DNA of 64,000 nucleotides from Escherichia coli (GTDB lineage Bacteria; Pseudomonadota; Gammaproteobacteria; Enterobacterales; Enterobacteriaceae): NCBI RefSeq assembly GCF_024502345.1, contig NZ_JALDNN010000001.1; one strand, 5' to 3'. Shown piece by piece: positions 33,538 to 43,241 of this stretch (position 1 is its first letter; each line of letters starts with the position of its first letter). The notes under the pieces were generated by a model. It saw only the letters and a program-made list of their open reading frames with translations, ran no database searches and was not told where the DNA came from. The position numbers and the translations under genes were made by a program.

Positions 33538-34230
33538 ATGAAAAAAGAAACTCTTGCTGATCGCTTAAACCTAGCGATGGAACAATCTGGAATGTCTCAA
33601 GGCGCTCTTGCAAAGGCGTCTGGCGTAGCTCAACCCACAATCTGGAGACTGACAAGCGGCAACGCTCGCGGCTCAACAAAAATTGTTGAAATAGCTAATG
33701 CATTGGGTGTTCGAACAGAATGGCTCTCATCAGGCATAGGCCCGATGAGAAATGACGGTCAACAATCAGGGAAGCCTGCTGTCAGCCATTCAAAATACTT
33801 CAAGATTGACGTTCTTGATATAGAAGTGAGTGCCGGGCCGGGAGTCATCAACCGTGAGTTTGTAGAAGTTCTACGCTCGGTTGAGTACTCGTTTGACGAT
33901 GCTCGTCACATGTTCGATGGTAGGAAGGCAGAAAATATCCGCATCATTAACGTACGCGGTGACAGCATGTCAGGAACGATCGAACCAGGTGATCTGCTGT
34001 TCGTTGATATCACGGTTAAATCTTTCGACGGTGATGGTATCTATGCGTTTCTGTATGACGACACCGCCCATGTAAAGCGCCTGCAAATGATGAAGGATAA
34101 GCTACTGGTTATCTCTGATAACAAGAGCTACTCACCGTGGGACCCGATCGAGAAAGACGAGATGAACCGGGTATTCATATTCGGTAAGGTTATTGGGAGC
34201 ATGCCGCAGACGTACAGAAAACACGGATAA
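33538..34230 (+). CDS. Phage CI/LexA-like repressor (N-terminal HTH, C-terminal S24 peptidase)
   Basis: MKKETLADRLNLAMEQSGMSQGALAKASGVAQPTIWRL... and ...RGDSMSGTIEPGDLLFVD...AHVKRL (Ser/Lys dyad); ORF track starts at TTG 33502. Confidence 0.85.
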   Translation: MKKETLADRLNLAMEQSGMSQGALAKASGVAQPTIWRLTSGNARGSTKIVEIANALGVRTEWLSSGIGPMRNDGQQSGKPAVSHSKYFKIDVLDIEVSAGPGVINREFVEVLRSVEYSFDDARHMFDGRKAENIRIINVRGDSMSGTIEPGDLLFVDITVKSFDGDGIYAFLYDDTAHVKRLQMMKDKLLVISDNKSYSPWDPIEKDEMNRVFIFGKVIGSMPQTYRKHG

Positions 34231-34312
34231 TCAGCCGCGTGTTGATGAGGCTTTTGGGTAATACGCTGAAGAAAATACCTTATAAAAAATAACATTACGG
34301 GAAAGGCAAAAA

Positions 34313-34576
34313 ATGAGTAATAAAACACTTGTTAAAAAATCAAATAACTGTGTCGATGCATACGCCGACGCGTTTGGCTACTCTTCGTTTGGTGACGGCT
34401 CTCAGCGCCTAGGTTCAATTTCTTTTTTTCATAATGTAACTGAATGGCCTGTTGATGAAAGTGACGATGTTGAGAACATAAAGTACAACATTGCAACCAT
34501 TAGAATGCCCGAAGAATTGATGCTTAAATTGGCTGACTTCATTCGCGACCAGCATGACAAAGCTAAAACAAACTAA
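34313..34576 (+). CDS. Hypothetical small protein co-oriented downstream of repressor
   Basis: 87-aa ORF with SD gaaagg 6 nt upstream; no recognisable domain. Confidence 0.5.
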   Translation: MSNKTLVKKSNNCVDAYADAFGYSSFGDGSQRLGSISFFHNVTEWPVDESDDVENIKYNIATIRMPEELMLKLADFIRDQHDKAKTN

Positions 34577-34753
34577 TCGTAATTAATTATGAAACACGAT
34601 TATTACGAAGCTCCAAACCTAAATGATAAAATTGCAAAGGCGGCAAAATCATTTTGTTTGCACTCCAGTGCGTCTTCCCAGCTAGCAGGTATATCTGGAA
34701 AAAGATGGGACATGCTACAATCAAGTGGTAGCAGTGGGTCTGGGAGTGATAAC

Positions 34754-35032
34754 ATGCCTGAAAAAGTTGCAAAACTGGAGTCCGATGTTGCTCATATCAA
34801 ACGAGACGTTGATGAACTTAAAACAGACGTTAAAGCTATCGACAAAAATATGATAACTATTCTTGCACGTCTGGACTCTATAAAAGAATCCTTAACAAAC
34901 AAGCCATCAAGTGATGCTGTCGATAGAAAGATTTCAGACGCAAAGCTTGCGGTATTGCTTGGTGTTCCAGCAATCATCGCTGCAGGAACAGGACTTTATA
35001 AGCTATCAATGTACTTTTTCTTTAGTGCTTAA
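34754..35032 (+). CDS. Hypothetical coiled-coil protein with C-terminal transmembrane anchor (alternative start 34589)
   Basis: SD gggag 7 nt upstream of ATG 34754; heptad-rich KLESDVAHIKRDVDELKTDVKAIDKNM then hydrophobic LAVLLGVPAIIAAGTGLYKL. Confidence 0.5.
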   Translation: MPEKVAKLESDVAHIKRDVDELKTDVKAIDKNMITILARLDSIKESLTNKPSSDAVDRKISDAKLAVLLGVPAIIAAGTGLYKLSMYFFFSA

Positions 35033-35107
35033 GAAAATGCTCGCACCCTTGCATTAGGTAAAGCGATTTTTCATTCCCCATTACCCTCGCTCTTAACCAA
35101 TCATCTA

Positions 35108-35136
35108 AACCCGGCCACCGTGCCGGGTTTTCTTTT
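35108..35136 (+). terminator. Rho-independent terminator after repressor operon
   Basis: acccggccaccgtgccgggtt hairpin followed by ttcttttg. Confidence 0.65.
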
Positions 35137-35259
35137 GCCCTCCCCTCATCACACACCGTTCAAAAAACCACCACGACCTCACTTCAGTTATCGCTATGCG
35201 ATGCAAGTCACAAAATTAATTCTTTTTGCTATCAAACATTTAATATCAAAACACATCAA

Positions 35260-35310
35260 CTAATAGCAATAAGTATTGATATCACCAATAGCAATAGCTA
35301 TTATCACCAT
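35260..35310. promoter_or_regulatory. Putative second operator cluster (OL-like)
   Basis: aatagcaat repeated twice, 10-bp palindrome aatagctatt, two atcacc half-site-like motifs. Confidence 0.35.
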
Positions 35311-35497
35311 ATCGCAACAACACAACGATACGGCAACCACCTGATTCACCGTTGCGATGACCGCTTAGATCCGCAGCTTGAATTTCAGCAGGCTTCGGGG
35401 AGTGCGAGGGATGAAACGGACGCGTGAACGTCGGTGTGACCAGCTGAAATCAACTCAACATTTCATACCTTAGTCGCTTCAACGAGGCGGCTTAGTT

Positions 35498-35788
35498 ATG
35501 ACAACCGGCGGCCATCCACCGCCTGAATACGCGCAGAAGTCTTTATATGTTCAGCAGCCCAGCTTACGGGCAGGAGTTTTTATGGTTCATCAACATTACG
35601 GAACGCAGACCGTTAATCGCGGTGCGGTCATGCCAGGAATGCTGGTCAAACGCAAAGATGGTACCTGGACTGCATCAGCTAATTTACGCGGACGACTTTA
35701 TCTGCATCGCGGCATTGAGCGCACTTATACCCGTGACTTGCTCGTGGAAGTTTTTCTCGACGGACGCGGCAACGGTCTGAATCACTAA
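35498..35788 (+). CDS. Hypothetical protein
   Basis: 96-aa ORF; weak SD; no recognisable domain. Confidence 0.3.
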   Translation: MTTGGHPPPEYAQKSLYVQQPSLRAGVFMVHQHYGTQTVNRGAVMPGMLVKRKDGTWTASANLRGRLYLHRGIERTYTRDLLVEVFLDGRGNGLNH

Positions 35789-35863
35789 TCCCCTTTCCTG
35801 TTTTCCGAATCAGCCTGGCATTCCGCGGGCGATTTTTTCACAGCCATTTTCAGGAGTTCAGCC

Positions 35864-36148
35864 ATGAACGCTTATTACATTCAGGATCGTCTTGAGGCTC
35901 AGAGCTGGGCGCGTCACTACCAGCAGATCGCCCGTGAAGAGAAAGAGGCAGAACTGGCAGACGACATGGAAAAAGGCCTGCCCCAGCACCTGTTTGAATC
36001 GCTATGCATCGATCATTTGCAACGCCACGGGGCCAGCAAAAAAGCCATTAGGCGCGATCACTTTCATCTACTCCGTTACAAAGCGAGGCTGGGTATTTCC
36101 CGGCCTTTCTGTTATCAGAAATCCACTGAAAGCACAGCGGCTGGCTGA
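35864..36148 (+). CDS. Hypothetical protein
   Basis: 94-aa ORF with strong SD aggag 8 nt upstream. Confidence 0.5.
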   Translation: MNAYYIQDRLEAQSWARHYQQIAREEKEAELADDMEKGLPQHLFESLCIDHLQRHGASKKAIRRDHFHLLRYKARLGISRPFCYQKSTESTAAG

Positions 36149-36175
36149 GAAGATAAATAATAAACGGGAGGCGGT

Positions 36176-36367
36176 ATGCACAAAGCATCTCCTGTTGAGT
36201 TAAGAACGAGTATTGAGATGGCACATAGCCTTGCTCAAATTGGAGTCAGGTTTGTGCCAATACCAGTAGAAACAGACGAAGAATTTCATACGTTAGCCAC
36301 ATCCCTTTCACAAAAGCTGGAAATGATGGTGGCGAAAGCAGAAGCAGATGAGAGAGACCAGGTATGA
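36176..36367 (+). CDS. Hypothetical small protein
   Basis: 63-aa ORF with SD gggagg upstream. Confidence 0.45.
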   Translation: MHKASPVELRTSIEMAHSLAQIGVRFVPIPVETDEEFHTLATSLSQKLEMMVAKAEADERDQV

Positions 36368-36377
36368 CAACCACTGA

Positions 36378-36656
36378 ATGCATTTTTCTGGCAGCGGGCT
36401 TCATATTCTGTGTGCTTATGCTTTCCGTTTCCATGACCTCAGACACACCTGGGCAAGCTGGCTGATTCAGTCAGGCGTCCCATTATCAGTGCTTCAGGAA
36501 ATGGGCGGATGGGAGTCCATAGAAATGGTTCGTAGGTATGCTCACCTTGCGCCTAATCATTTGACAGAGCATGCGAGGAAAATAGACGACATTTTTGGTG
36601 ATAATGTCCCAAATATGTCCCACTCTGGAATTATGGAGGATATAAAGAAGGCGTAA
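36378..36656 (+). pseudogene. Tyrosine integrase 3' remnant (C-terminal catalytic region only)
   Basis: ...[40 protein letters not shown]... (R-H-R-Y motif region); frame opens right after a stop; abuts tRNA. Confidence 0.8.
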
Positions 36657-36671
36657 CTGATTGAATTGTAA

Positions 36672-36748
36672 TGGCGCGCCCTGCAGGATTCGAACCTGCG
36701 GCCCACGACTTAGAAGGTCGTTGCTCTATCCAACTGAGCTAAGGGCGC
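36672..36748 (-). tRNA. argU: tRNA-Arg (anticodon UCU)
   Basis: 77-nt cloverleaf, reverse complement GCGCCCTTAGCTCAGTTGGATAGAGCAACGACCTTCTAAGTCGTGGGCCGCAGGTTCGAATCCTGCAGGGCGCGCCA. Confidence 0.93.
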
Positions 36749-36990
36749 GTTGATACCGCAATGCGGTGTAATCGCGTGAATTATACGGTCAACCCTTGCT
36801 GAGTCAATGGCTTTTGATCTGGTTGCTGAACAAGTGAACGACCGCGTCTGATTTTCTGATTTATTTCGCTATAGCGGCAAACAAACACACACCGCTGCGC
36901 GTCTGAATCAAGAAAACCCGTATTTTCATGTATCAAAGTACAATTTACCGCCCTAACGGAAAATTGTCCGCTCCTATGAGACTGGTAACT

Positions 36991-37623
36991 ATGAAACCAA
37001 CGTCGGTGATCATTATGGATACTCATCCTATCATCAGAATGTCTATTGAAGTTCTGTTGCAAAAAAACAGTGAATTGCAGATTGTCCTGAAAACGGATGA
37101 TTACCGCATAACCATCGATTATCTCCGAACCCGTCCTGTTGATTTAATCATTATGGATATAGACTTGCCCGGAACAGACGGTTTTACCTTCCTGAAAAGG
37201 ATCAAACAAATCCAGAGCACAGTGAAAGTGTTATTTTTATCATCGAAATCAGAATGCTTTTATGCTGGCAGAGCGATACAAGCTGGTGCTAACGGTTTTG
37301 TCAGTAAATGCAATGATCAGAATAATATTTTTCATGCCGTTCAGATGATCCTCTCCGGATACACGTTTTTTCCCAGCGAAACGCTTAACTATATAAAAAG
37401 CAATAAATGTAGTACGAATAGTTCAACGGTCACTGTGCTATCTAATCGTGAAGTGACCATATTACGTTATCTGGTTAGCGGATTATCTAATAAAGAAATT
37501 GCCGATAAGTTATTACTTAGCAATAAAACAGTTAGTGCGCATAAATCTAATATTTATGGCAAGCTAGGTTTGCATTCAATTGTAGAGCTTATCGACTACG
37601 CCAAATTATACGAATTAATATAA
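36991..37623 (+). CDS. fimZ: LuxR/NarL-family response regulator FimZ
   Basis: Start at MKPTSVIIMDTHPIIRMSIEVLL within ORF 36928..37623 (210 aa). Confidence 0.9.
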   Translation: MKPTSVIIMDTHPIIRMSIEVLLQKNSELQIVLKTDDYRITIDYLRTRPVDLIIMDIDLPGTDGFTFLKRIKQIQSTVKVLFLSSKSECFYAGRAIQAGANGFVSKCNDQNNIFHAVQMILSGYTFFPSETLNYIKSNKCSTNSSTVTVLSNREVTILRYLVSGLSNKEIADKLLLSNKTVSAHKSNIYGKLGLHSIVELIDYAKLYELI

Positions 37624-37720
37624 TATTAATTATAATTGATCATAAATATCGCATCCGCTTTCGCCGGTGATGCTGCCAACTTACTGATTTAGTGTATGAT
37701 GGTGTTTTTGAGGTGCTCCA

Positions 37721-37996
37721 GTGGCTTCTGTTTCTATCAGCTGTCCCTCCTGTTCAGCTACTGACGGGGTGGTGCGTAACGGCAAAAGCACCGCCGGACA
37801 TCAGCGCTATCTCTGCTCTCACTGCCGTAAAACATGGCAACTGCAGTTCACTTACACCGCTTCTCAACCCGGTACGCACCAGAAAATCATTGATATGGCC
37901 ATGAATGGCGTTGGATGCCGGGCAACCGCCCGCATTATGGGCGTTGGCCTCAACACGATTTTCCGCCATTTAAAAAACTCAGGCCGCAGTCGGTAA
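37721..37996 (+). CDS. insA: IS1 InsA
   Basis: Identical to 32282..32557 product. Confidence 0.9.
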   Translation: MASVSISCPSCSATDGVVRNGKSTAGHQRYLCSHCRKTWQLQFTYTASQPGTHQKIIDMAMNGVGCRATARIMGVGLNTIFRHLKNSGRSR

Positions 37997-38418
37997 CCTC
38001 GCGCATACAGCCGGGCAGTGACGTCATCGTCTGCGCGGAAATGGACGAACAGTGGGGATACGTCGGGGCTAAATCGCGCCAGCGCTGGCTGTTTTACGCG
38101 TATGACAGGCTCCGGAAGACGGTTGTTGCGCACGTATTCGGTGAACGCACTATGGCGACGCTGGGGCGTCTTATGAGCCTGCTGTCACCCTTTGACGTGG
38201 TGATATGGATGACGGATGGCTGGCCGCTGTATGAATCCCGCCTGAAGGGAAAGCTGCACGTAATCAGCAAGCGATATACGCAGCGAATTGAGCGGCATAA
38301 CCTGAATCTGAGGCAGCACCTGGCACGGCTGGGACGGAAGTCGCTGTCGTTCTCAAAATCGGTGGAGCTGCATGACAAAGTCATCGGGCATTATCTGAAC
38401 ATAAAACACTATCAATAA
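37915..38418 (+). CDS. insB: IS1 InsB
   Basis: Identical to 32476..32979 product. Confidence 0.85.
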
Positions 38419-38600
38419 GTTGGAGTCATTACCCGAAAAATGAAGCTTTCAATCTCAGCGACCTCAGCGACGGTGCGCCTCACCTTCGCAAGAGGTCGCT
38501 TCACGCGATAAATCTGAAACGAAACCTGACAGCGTGCCCCGCTTCTGACAAAATAGGCGCATCCCCTTCGACCTACGTAACAGATGGAATCCTCTCTCTG

Positions 38601-39467
38601 ATGGCAGCAAAGATTATTGACGGTAAAACGATTGCGCAGCAGGTGCGCTCTGAAGTTGCTCAAAAAGTTCAGGCGCGTATTGCAGCCGGACTGCGGGCAC
38701 CAGGACTGGCCGTTGTGCTGGTGGGTAGTAACCCTGCATCGCAAATTTATGTCGCAAGCAAACGCAAGGCTTGTGAAGAAGTCGGGTTCGTCTCCCGCTC
38801 TTATGACCTCCCGGAAACCACCAGCGAAGCGGAGCTGTTGGAGCTTATCGATGCGCTGAATGCCGACAACACCATCGATGGCATTCTGGTTCAACTGCCG
38901 TTACCGGCGGGTATTGATAACGTCAAAGTGCTGGAACGTATTCATCCGGACAAAGACGTGGACGGTTTCCATCCTTATAACGTCGGTCGTCTGTGCCAGC
39001 GCGCGCCGCGTCTGCGTCCCTGCACCCCGCGCGGTATCGTCACGCTGCTTGAGCGTTACAACATTGATACCTTCGGCCTCAACGCCGTGGTGATTGGCGC
39101 ATCGAATATCGTCGGTCGTCCAATGAGCATGGAACTGTTGCTCGCAGGTTGCACCACTACCGTGACTCACCGTTTCACTAAAAATCTGCGTCACCACGTA
39201 GAAAATGCCGATCTGTTGATCGTTGCCGTCGGCAAGCCGGGCTTTATTCCTGGTGACTGGATCAAAGAAGGCGCAATTGTGATTGATGTCGGCATCAACC
39301 GTCTGGAAAATGGCAAAGTTGTGGGCGACGTCGTGTTTGAAGACGCGGCTAAACGCGCCTCATACATTACGCCTGTTCCGGGCGGCGTTGGCCCGATGAC
39401 GGTTGCCACGCTGATTGAAAACACGCTTCAGGCGTGCGTTGAATATCATGATCCACAGGGTGAGTAA
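38601..39467 (+). CDS. folD: Bifunctional methylenetetrahydrofolate dehydrogenase/cyclohydrolase FolD
   Basis: 288-aa [45 protein letters not shown]... Confidence 0.95.
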
Positions 39468-39468
39468 C

Positions 39469-39681
39469 ATGGCGACATTTTCTTTAGGTAAACATCCGCA
39501 CGTTGAGCTGTGCGATTTGCTGAAACTGGAAGGCTGGAGCGAAAGCGGCGCGCAGGCGAAAATCGCGATTGCCGAAGGCCAGGTGAAAGTCGACGGTGCG
39601 GTTGAAACGCGCAAACGCTGCAAAATCGTCGCCGGTCAGACAGTGAGTTTTGCAGGTCACAGCGTACAGGTTGTTGCCTGA
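39469..39681 (+). CDS. ybcJ: S4-like RNA-binding protein YbcJ
   Basis: MATFSLGKHPHVELCDLLKLEGWSESGAQAKIAIAEGQVKVDG... (70 aa) inside ORF 39415..39681. Confidence 0.85.
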   Translation: MATFSLGKHPHVELCDLLKLEGWSESGAQAKIAIAEGQVKVDGAVETRKRCKIVAGQTVSFAGHSVQVVA

Positions 39682-39788
39682 TCCCTTTCCCGGCCTGTAT
39701 CAACAGGCCGGTTCTCTTTTCAGACTTTTGCCCTCTACGCCCCGTTCATCCATGCTGATAGCATCGACATTTTGCCGAAGTGACCATC

Positions 39789-40310
39789 ATGCCAACCGTT
39801 ATTACGCACGCCGCCGTTCCCCTATGCATTGGTTTAGGGTTGGGTTCGAAAGTCATCCCTCCGCGTCTGTTATTTGCCGGAATCATCCTGGCGATGCTGC
39901 CCGACGCCGACGTATTGTCGTTTAAATTTGGCGTTGCTTACGGCAATGTTTTTGGTCATCGCGGGTTTACCCATTCGCTGGTGTTTGCGTTTGTTGTCCC
40001 GCTGTTATGTGTGCTGATTGGACGCCGATGGTTCAGGGCTGGGCTGATTCGCTGCTGGCTGTTTTTAACCGTCTCGTTGCTATCGCACAGCATGCTGGAT
40101 TCGGTAACCACTGGCGGTAAGGGTGTTGGCTGGCTGTGGCCGTGGTCAGATGAACGCTTTTTCGCTCCCTGGCAGGTGATTAAAGTCGCGCCGTTTGCAT
40201 TGTCTCGTTACACCACAGCGTACGGGCATCAGGTGATTATTTCTGAATTGATGTGGGTGTGGTTGCCGGGGATGCTACTGATGGGAATGCTGTGGTGGCG
40301 CAGACGATAA
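39789..40310 (+). CDS. ybcI: Inner membrane metal-dependent hydrolase-like protein YbcI
   Basis: ORF 39780..40310; MPTVITHAAVPLCIGLGLG... multi-TM. Confidence 0.85.
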   Translation: MPTVITHAAVPLCIGLGLGSKVIPPRLLFAGIILAMLPDADVLSFKFGVAYGNVFGHRGFTHSLVFAFVVPLLCVLIGRRWFRAGLIRCWLFLTVSLLSHSMLDSVTTGGKGVGWLWPWSDERFFAPWQVIKVAPFALSRYTTAYGHQVIISELMWVWLPGMLLMGMLWWRRR

Positions 40311-40345
40311 CCGGATGCGAAAACTCGCATCCGGCAATAGCGCAA

Positions 40346-41731
40346 TTACTTACGACGCCAGGTGGTCCCTTGCGGGCCATCTTCCAGCACGATCCCCATC
40401 TCGTTAAGACGGTCACGTGCCGCATCTGCCGCCGCCCAGTCTTTCGCTTTACGGGCATCCAGACGCTGTTGAATTAACGCTTCAATCTCAGCCACTTCGC
40501 TGTCGTCTGCCTGCGCGCCGCTTTGCAGGAACGCTTCCGGTTCTTGCTCCAGCAGGCCCAATACAGCGGAAAGTTTACGCAGGTGAGATGCCATTGCATT
40601 CGCCGCTGCCATATCTTCTGCTTTCAGACGGTTCACTTCACGGGCCATATCAAACAGCACGGAATAGGCTTCCGGGGTGTTGAAATCGTCGTCCATCGCT
40701 TCAATAAAGCGCGCTTCAAACGCTTCGCCACCGGCAGGCGCAACGGTTTTATCTGTGCCGCGCAGCGCAGTGTAGAGGCGCTCCAGCGCCGCACGCGCCT
40801 GCTTCAGGTTCTCTTCGCTGTAGTTCAGTTGGCTGCGATAGTGGCCCGACATCAGGAAGTAACGCACGGTTTCCGCGTCGTAGTATTTCAGCACATCGCG
40901 CACGGTAAAGAAGTTACCCAGCGATTTGGACATCTTCTCGCGGTCAACCATCACCATTCCGGAGTGCATCCAGTAGTTAACATACTGACCATCATGGGCA
41001 CAGGTGGACTGCGCGATTTCGTTCTCGTGGTGCGGGAACATCAGGTCTGAACCGCCGCCGTGGATATCAAAGTGGTTACCCAGCTGCTTGCAGTTCATTG
41101 CCGAACATTCAATGTGCCAGCCAGGACGGCCCGCGCCCCACGGAGACGGCCAGCTCGGTTCGCCCTCTTTCGACATCTTCCACAGAACGAAGTCCATCGG
41201 GTTGCGTTTGTCGTCGACCACGTCAACGCGCGCGCCTGCCTGCAGCTGGTCGAGATCCTGACGCGACAGCACACCATAAGTCGGATCGGTCGGGACGTCG
41301 AACATCACGTCGCCGTTGTCAGCCACATAAGCGTGACCTTTGGCGATCAGTTGTTCAGTGAGTTCAATAATTTCTGCGATATGGTGCGTCGCGCGCGGCT
41401 CCATATCCGGGCGCAGAATGTTCAAAGCATCAAAATCTTTGTGCATTTCGGCGATCATGCGATCCACCAGCGCCACAAAGCTTTCGCCATTTTCATTGGC
41501 GCGTTTGATGATTTTGTCGTCGATATCGGTAATGTTGCGCACATACTTCAGTTTATAGCCGAGGAAACGCAGATAGCGCGCAACGACGTCAAAAGCAACA
41601 AAGGTACGCCCGTGACCGATATGACAGAGATCGTAAACGGTGATTCCACACACATACATGCCGACTTCCCCGGCGTGAATAGGCTTAAATTCCTCTTTTT
41701 GGCGTGTCAGAGTATTGAAGATTTTTAGCAT
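40346..41731 (-). CDS. cysS: Cysteinyl-tRNA synthetase
   Basis: 461-aa ORF with HIGH ([16 protein letters not shown]) and KMSKS motifs. Confidence 0.95.
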
Positions 41732-41904
41732 CGAAGATTCCGTTTAGACATGTGTGGGTAATTGAGTTGCGTATAATACCCATATTTCCCGCGCGAATCA
41801 GCATACATTGCGTGATGATCCGATCGTGCGGTTATGCTATAACACCACCCTATATATGACCCGAACTGGGTTGAAGCACCAATCAAACGGAACAGGATGC
41901 AAAA

Positions 41905-42399
41905 ATGGTTACTTTCCACACCAATCACGGCGATATTGTCATCAAAACTTTTGACGATAAAGCACCTGAAACAGTTAAAAACTTCCTGGACTACTGCCGC
42001 GAAGGTTTTTACAACAACACCATTTTCCACCGTGTTATCAACGGCTTTATGATTCAGGGCGGCGGTTTTGAACCGGGCATGAAACAAAAAGCCACCAAAG
42101 AACCGATCAAAAACGAAGCCAACAACGGTCTGAAAAATACCCGTGGTACGCTGGCAATGGCCCGTACTCAGGCTCCGCACTCTGCAACTGCACAGTTCTT
42201 CATCAACGTGGTTGATAACGACTTCCTGAACTTCTCTGGCGAAAGCCTGCAAGGTTGGGGCTACTGCGTGTTTGCTGAAGTGGTTGAAGGCATGGACGTG
42301 GTAGACAAAATCAAAGGTGTTGCAACCGGTCGTAGCGGTATGCACCAGGACGTGCCAAAAGAAGACGTTATCATTGAAAGCGTGACCGTTAGCGAGTAA
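41905..42399 (+). CDS. ppiB: Peptidyl-prolyl cis-trans isomerase B (cyclophilin)
   Basis: 164-aa [47 protein letters not shown]... Confidence 0.95.
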   Translation: MVTFHTNHGDIVIKTFDDKAPETVKNFLDYCREGFYNNTIFHRVINGFMIQGGGFEPGMKQKATKEPIKNEANNGLKNTRGTLAMARTQAPHSATAQFFINVVDNDFLNFSGESLQGWGYCVFAEVVEGMDVVDKIKGVATGRSGMHQDVPKEDVIIESVTVSE

Positions 42400-42401
42400 T
42401 C

Positions 42402-43124
42402 GTGGCGACACTCTTTATTGCAGATCTTCATCTCTGCGTGGAAGAACCGGCGATCACCGCCGGTTTTCTGCGTTTTTTAGCGGGGGAAGCTCGCAAGGCC
42501 GACGCGCTGTATATTCTTGGCGATCTGTTTGAAGCGTGGATTGGCGACGACGATCCCAATCCACTCCATCGCCAGATGGCGGCAGCGATCAAAGCGGTGT
42601 CCGATTCCGGCGTTCCCTGTTATTTCATTCATGGCAACCGTGATTTTCTGCTCGGCAAACGCTTTGCCCGTGAAAGTGGCATGACGTTATTGCCGGAAGA
42701 AAAGGTGCTCGAACTTTATGGCCGCCGGGTGTTGATTATGCATGGCGACACGCTGTGCACCGATGACGCGGGTTATCAGGCTTTTCGCGCCAAAGTCCAC
42801 AAACCCTGGCTGCAAACGCTATTCCTCGCCCTGCCGTTGTTTGTGCGCAAACGCATTGCCGCGCGAATGCGAGCGAACAGTAAAGAAGCCAACAGCAGTA
42901 AATCGCTGGCGATCATGGACGTTAACCAAAACGCGGTAGTCAGTGCGATGGAAAAACATCAGGTGCAATGGCTGATCCACGGACATACCCATCTCCCGGC
43001 GGTACATGAACTTATCGCCAACCAGCAACCTGCTTTTCGCGTGGTACTCGGTGCCTGGCATACGGAAGGTTCGATGGTGAAAGTCACGGCGGATGACGTT
43101 GAGCTGATTCATTTTCCGTTTTAA
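42402..43124 (+). CDS. lpxH: UDP-2,3-diacylglucosamine hydrolase LpxH
   Basis: 240-aa [28 protein letters not shown]... calcineurin-like metallophosphatase motifs. Confidence 0.93.
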   Translation: MATLFIADLHLCVEEPAITAGFLRFLAGEARKADALYILGDLFEAWIGDDDPNPLHRQMAAAIKAVSDSGVPCYFIHGNRDFLLGKRFARESGMTLLPEEKVLELYGRRVLIMHGDTLCTDDAGYQAFRAKVHKPWLQTLFLALPLFVRKRIAARMRANSKEANSSKSLAIMDVNQNAVVSAMEKHQVQWLIHGHTHLPAVHELIANQQPAFRVVLGAWHTEGSMVKVTADDVELIHFPF

Positions 43125-43241
43125 AAAACCCACAACTTTGCTGATTTCACAGCCACGCAACCGTTTTCCTTGCTCTCTTTCCGTGCTATTCTCTGTGCCC
43201 TCTAAAGCCGAGAGTTGTGCACCACAGGAGTTTTAAGACGC

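Larger units (their letters stand above)
37666..38433 (+). mobile_element. IS1 insertion sequence, copy 2 (no target duplication), same orientation as copy 1
   Basis: 768 bp with IS1 ends; InsA/InsB proteins identical to copy 1; flanks gctttcgcc vs cgaaaaatg. Confidence 0.92.

Noticed and set aside
35080-35136. boxA-like motif cgctcttaa followed by a hairpin, considered as a lambda-type nut antitermination site
   Set aside because: It lies upstream of the putative OL/PL operators at the end of the repressor operon, so it is better explained as that operon's intrinsic terminator; a nut site would be expected downstream of the promoter.
40523-41728. Plus-strand ORFs of 175 and 222 aa opposite cysS
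   Set aside because: Antisense shadow ORFs inside cysteinyl-tRNA synthetase; no start context or homology.
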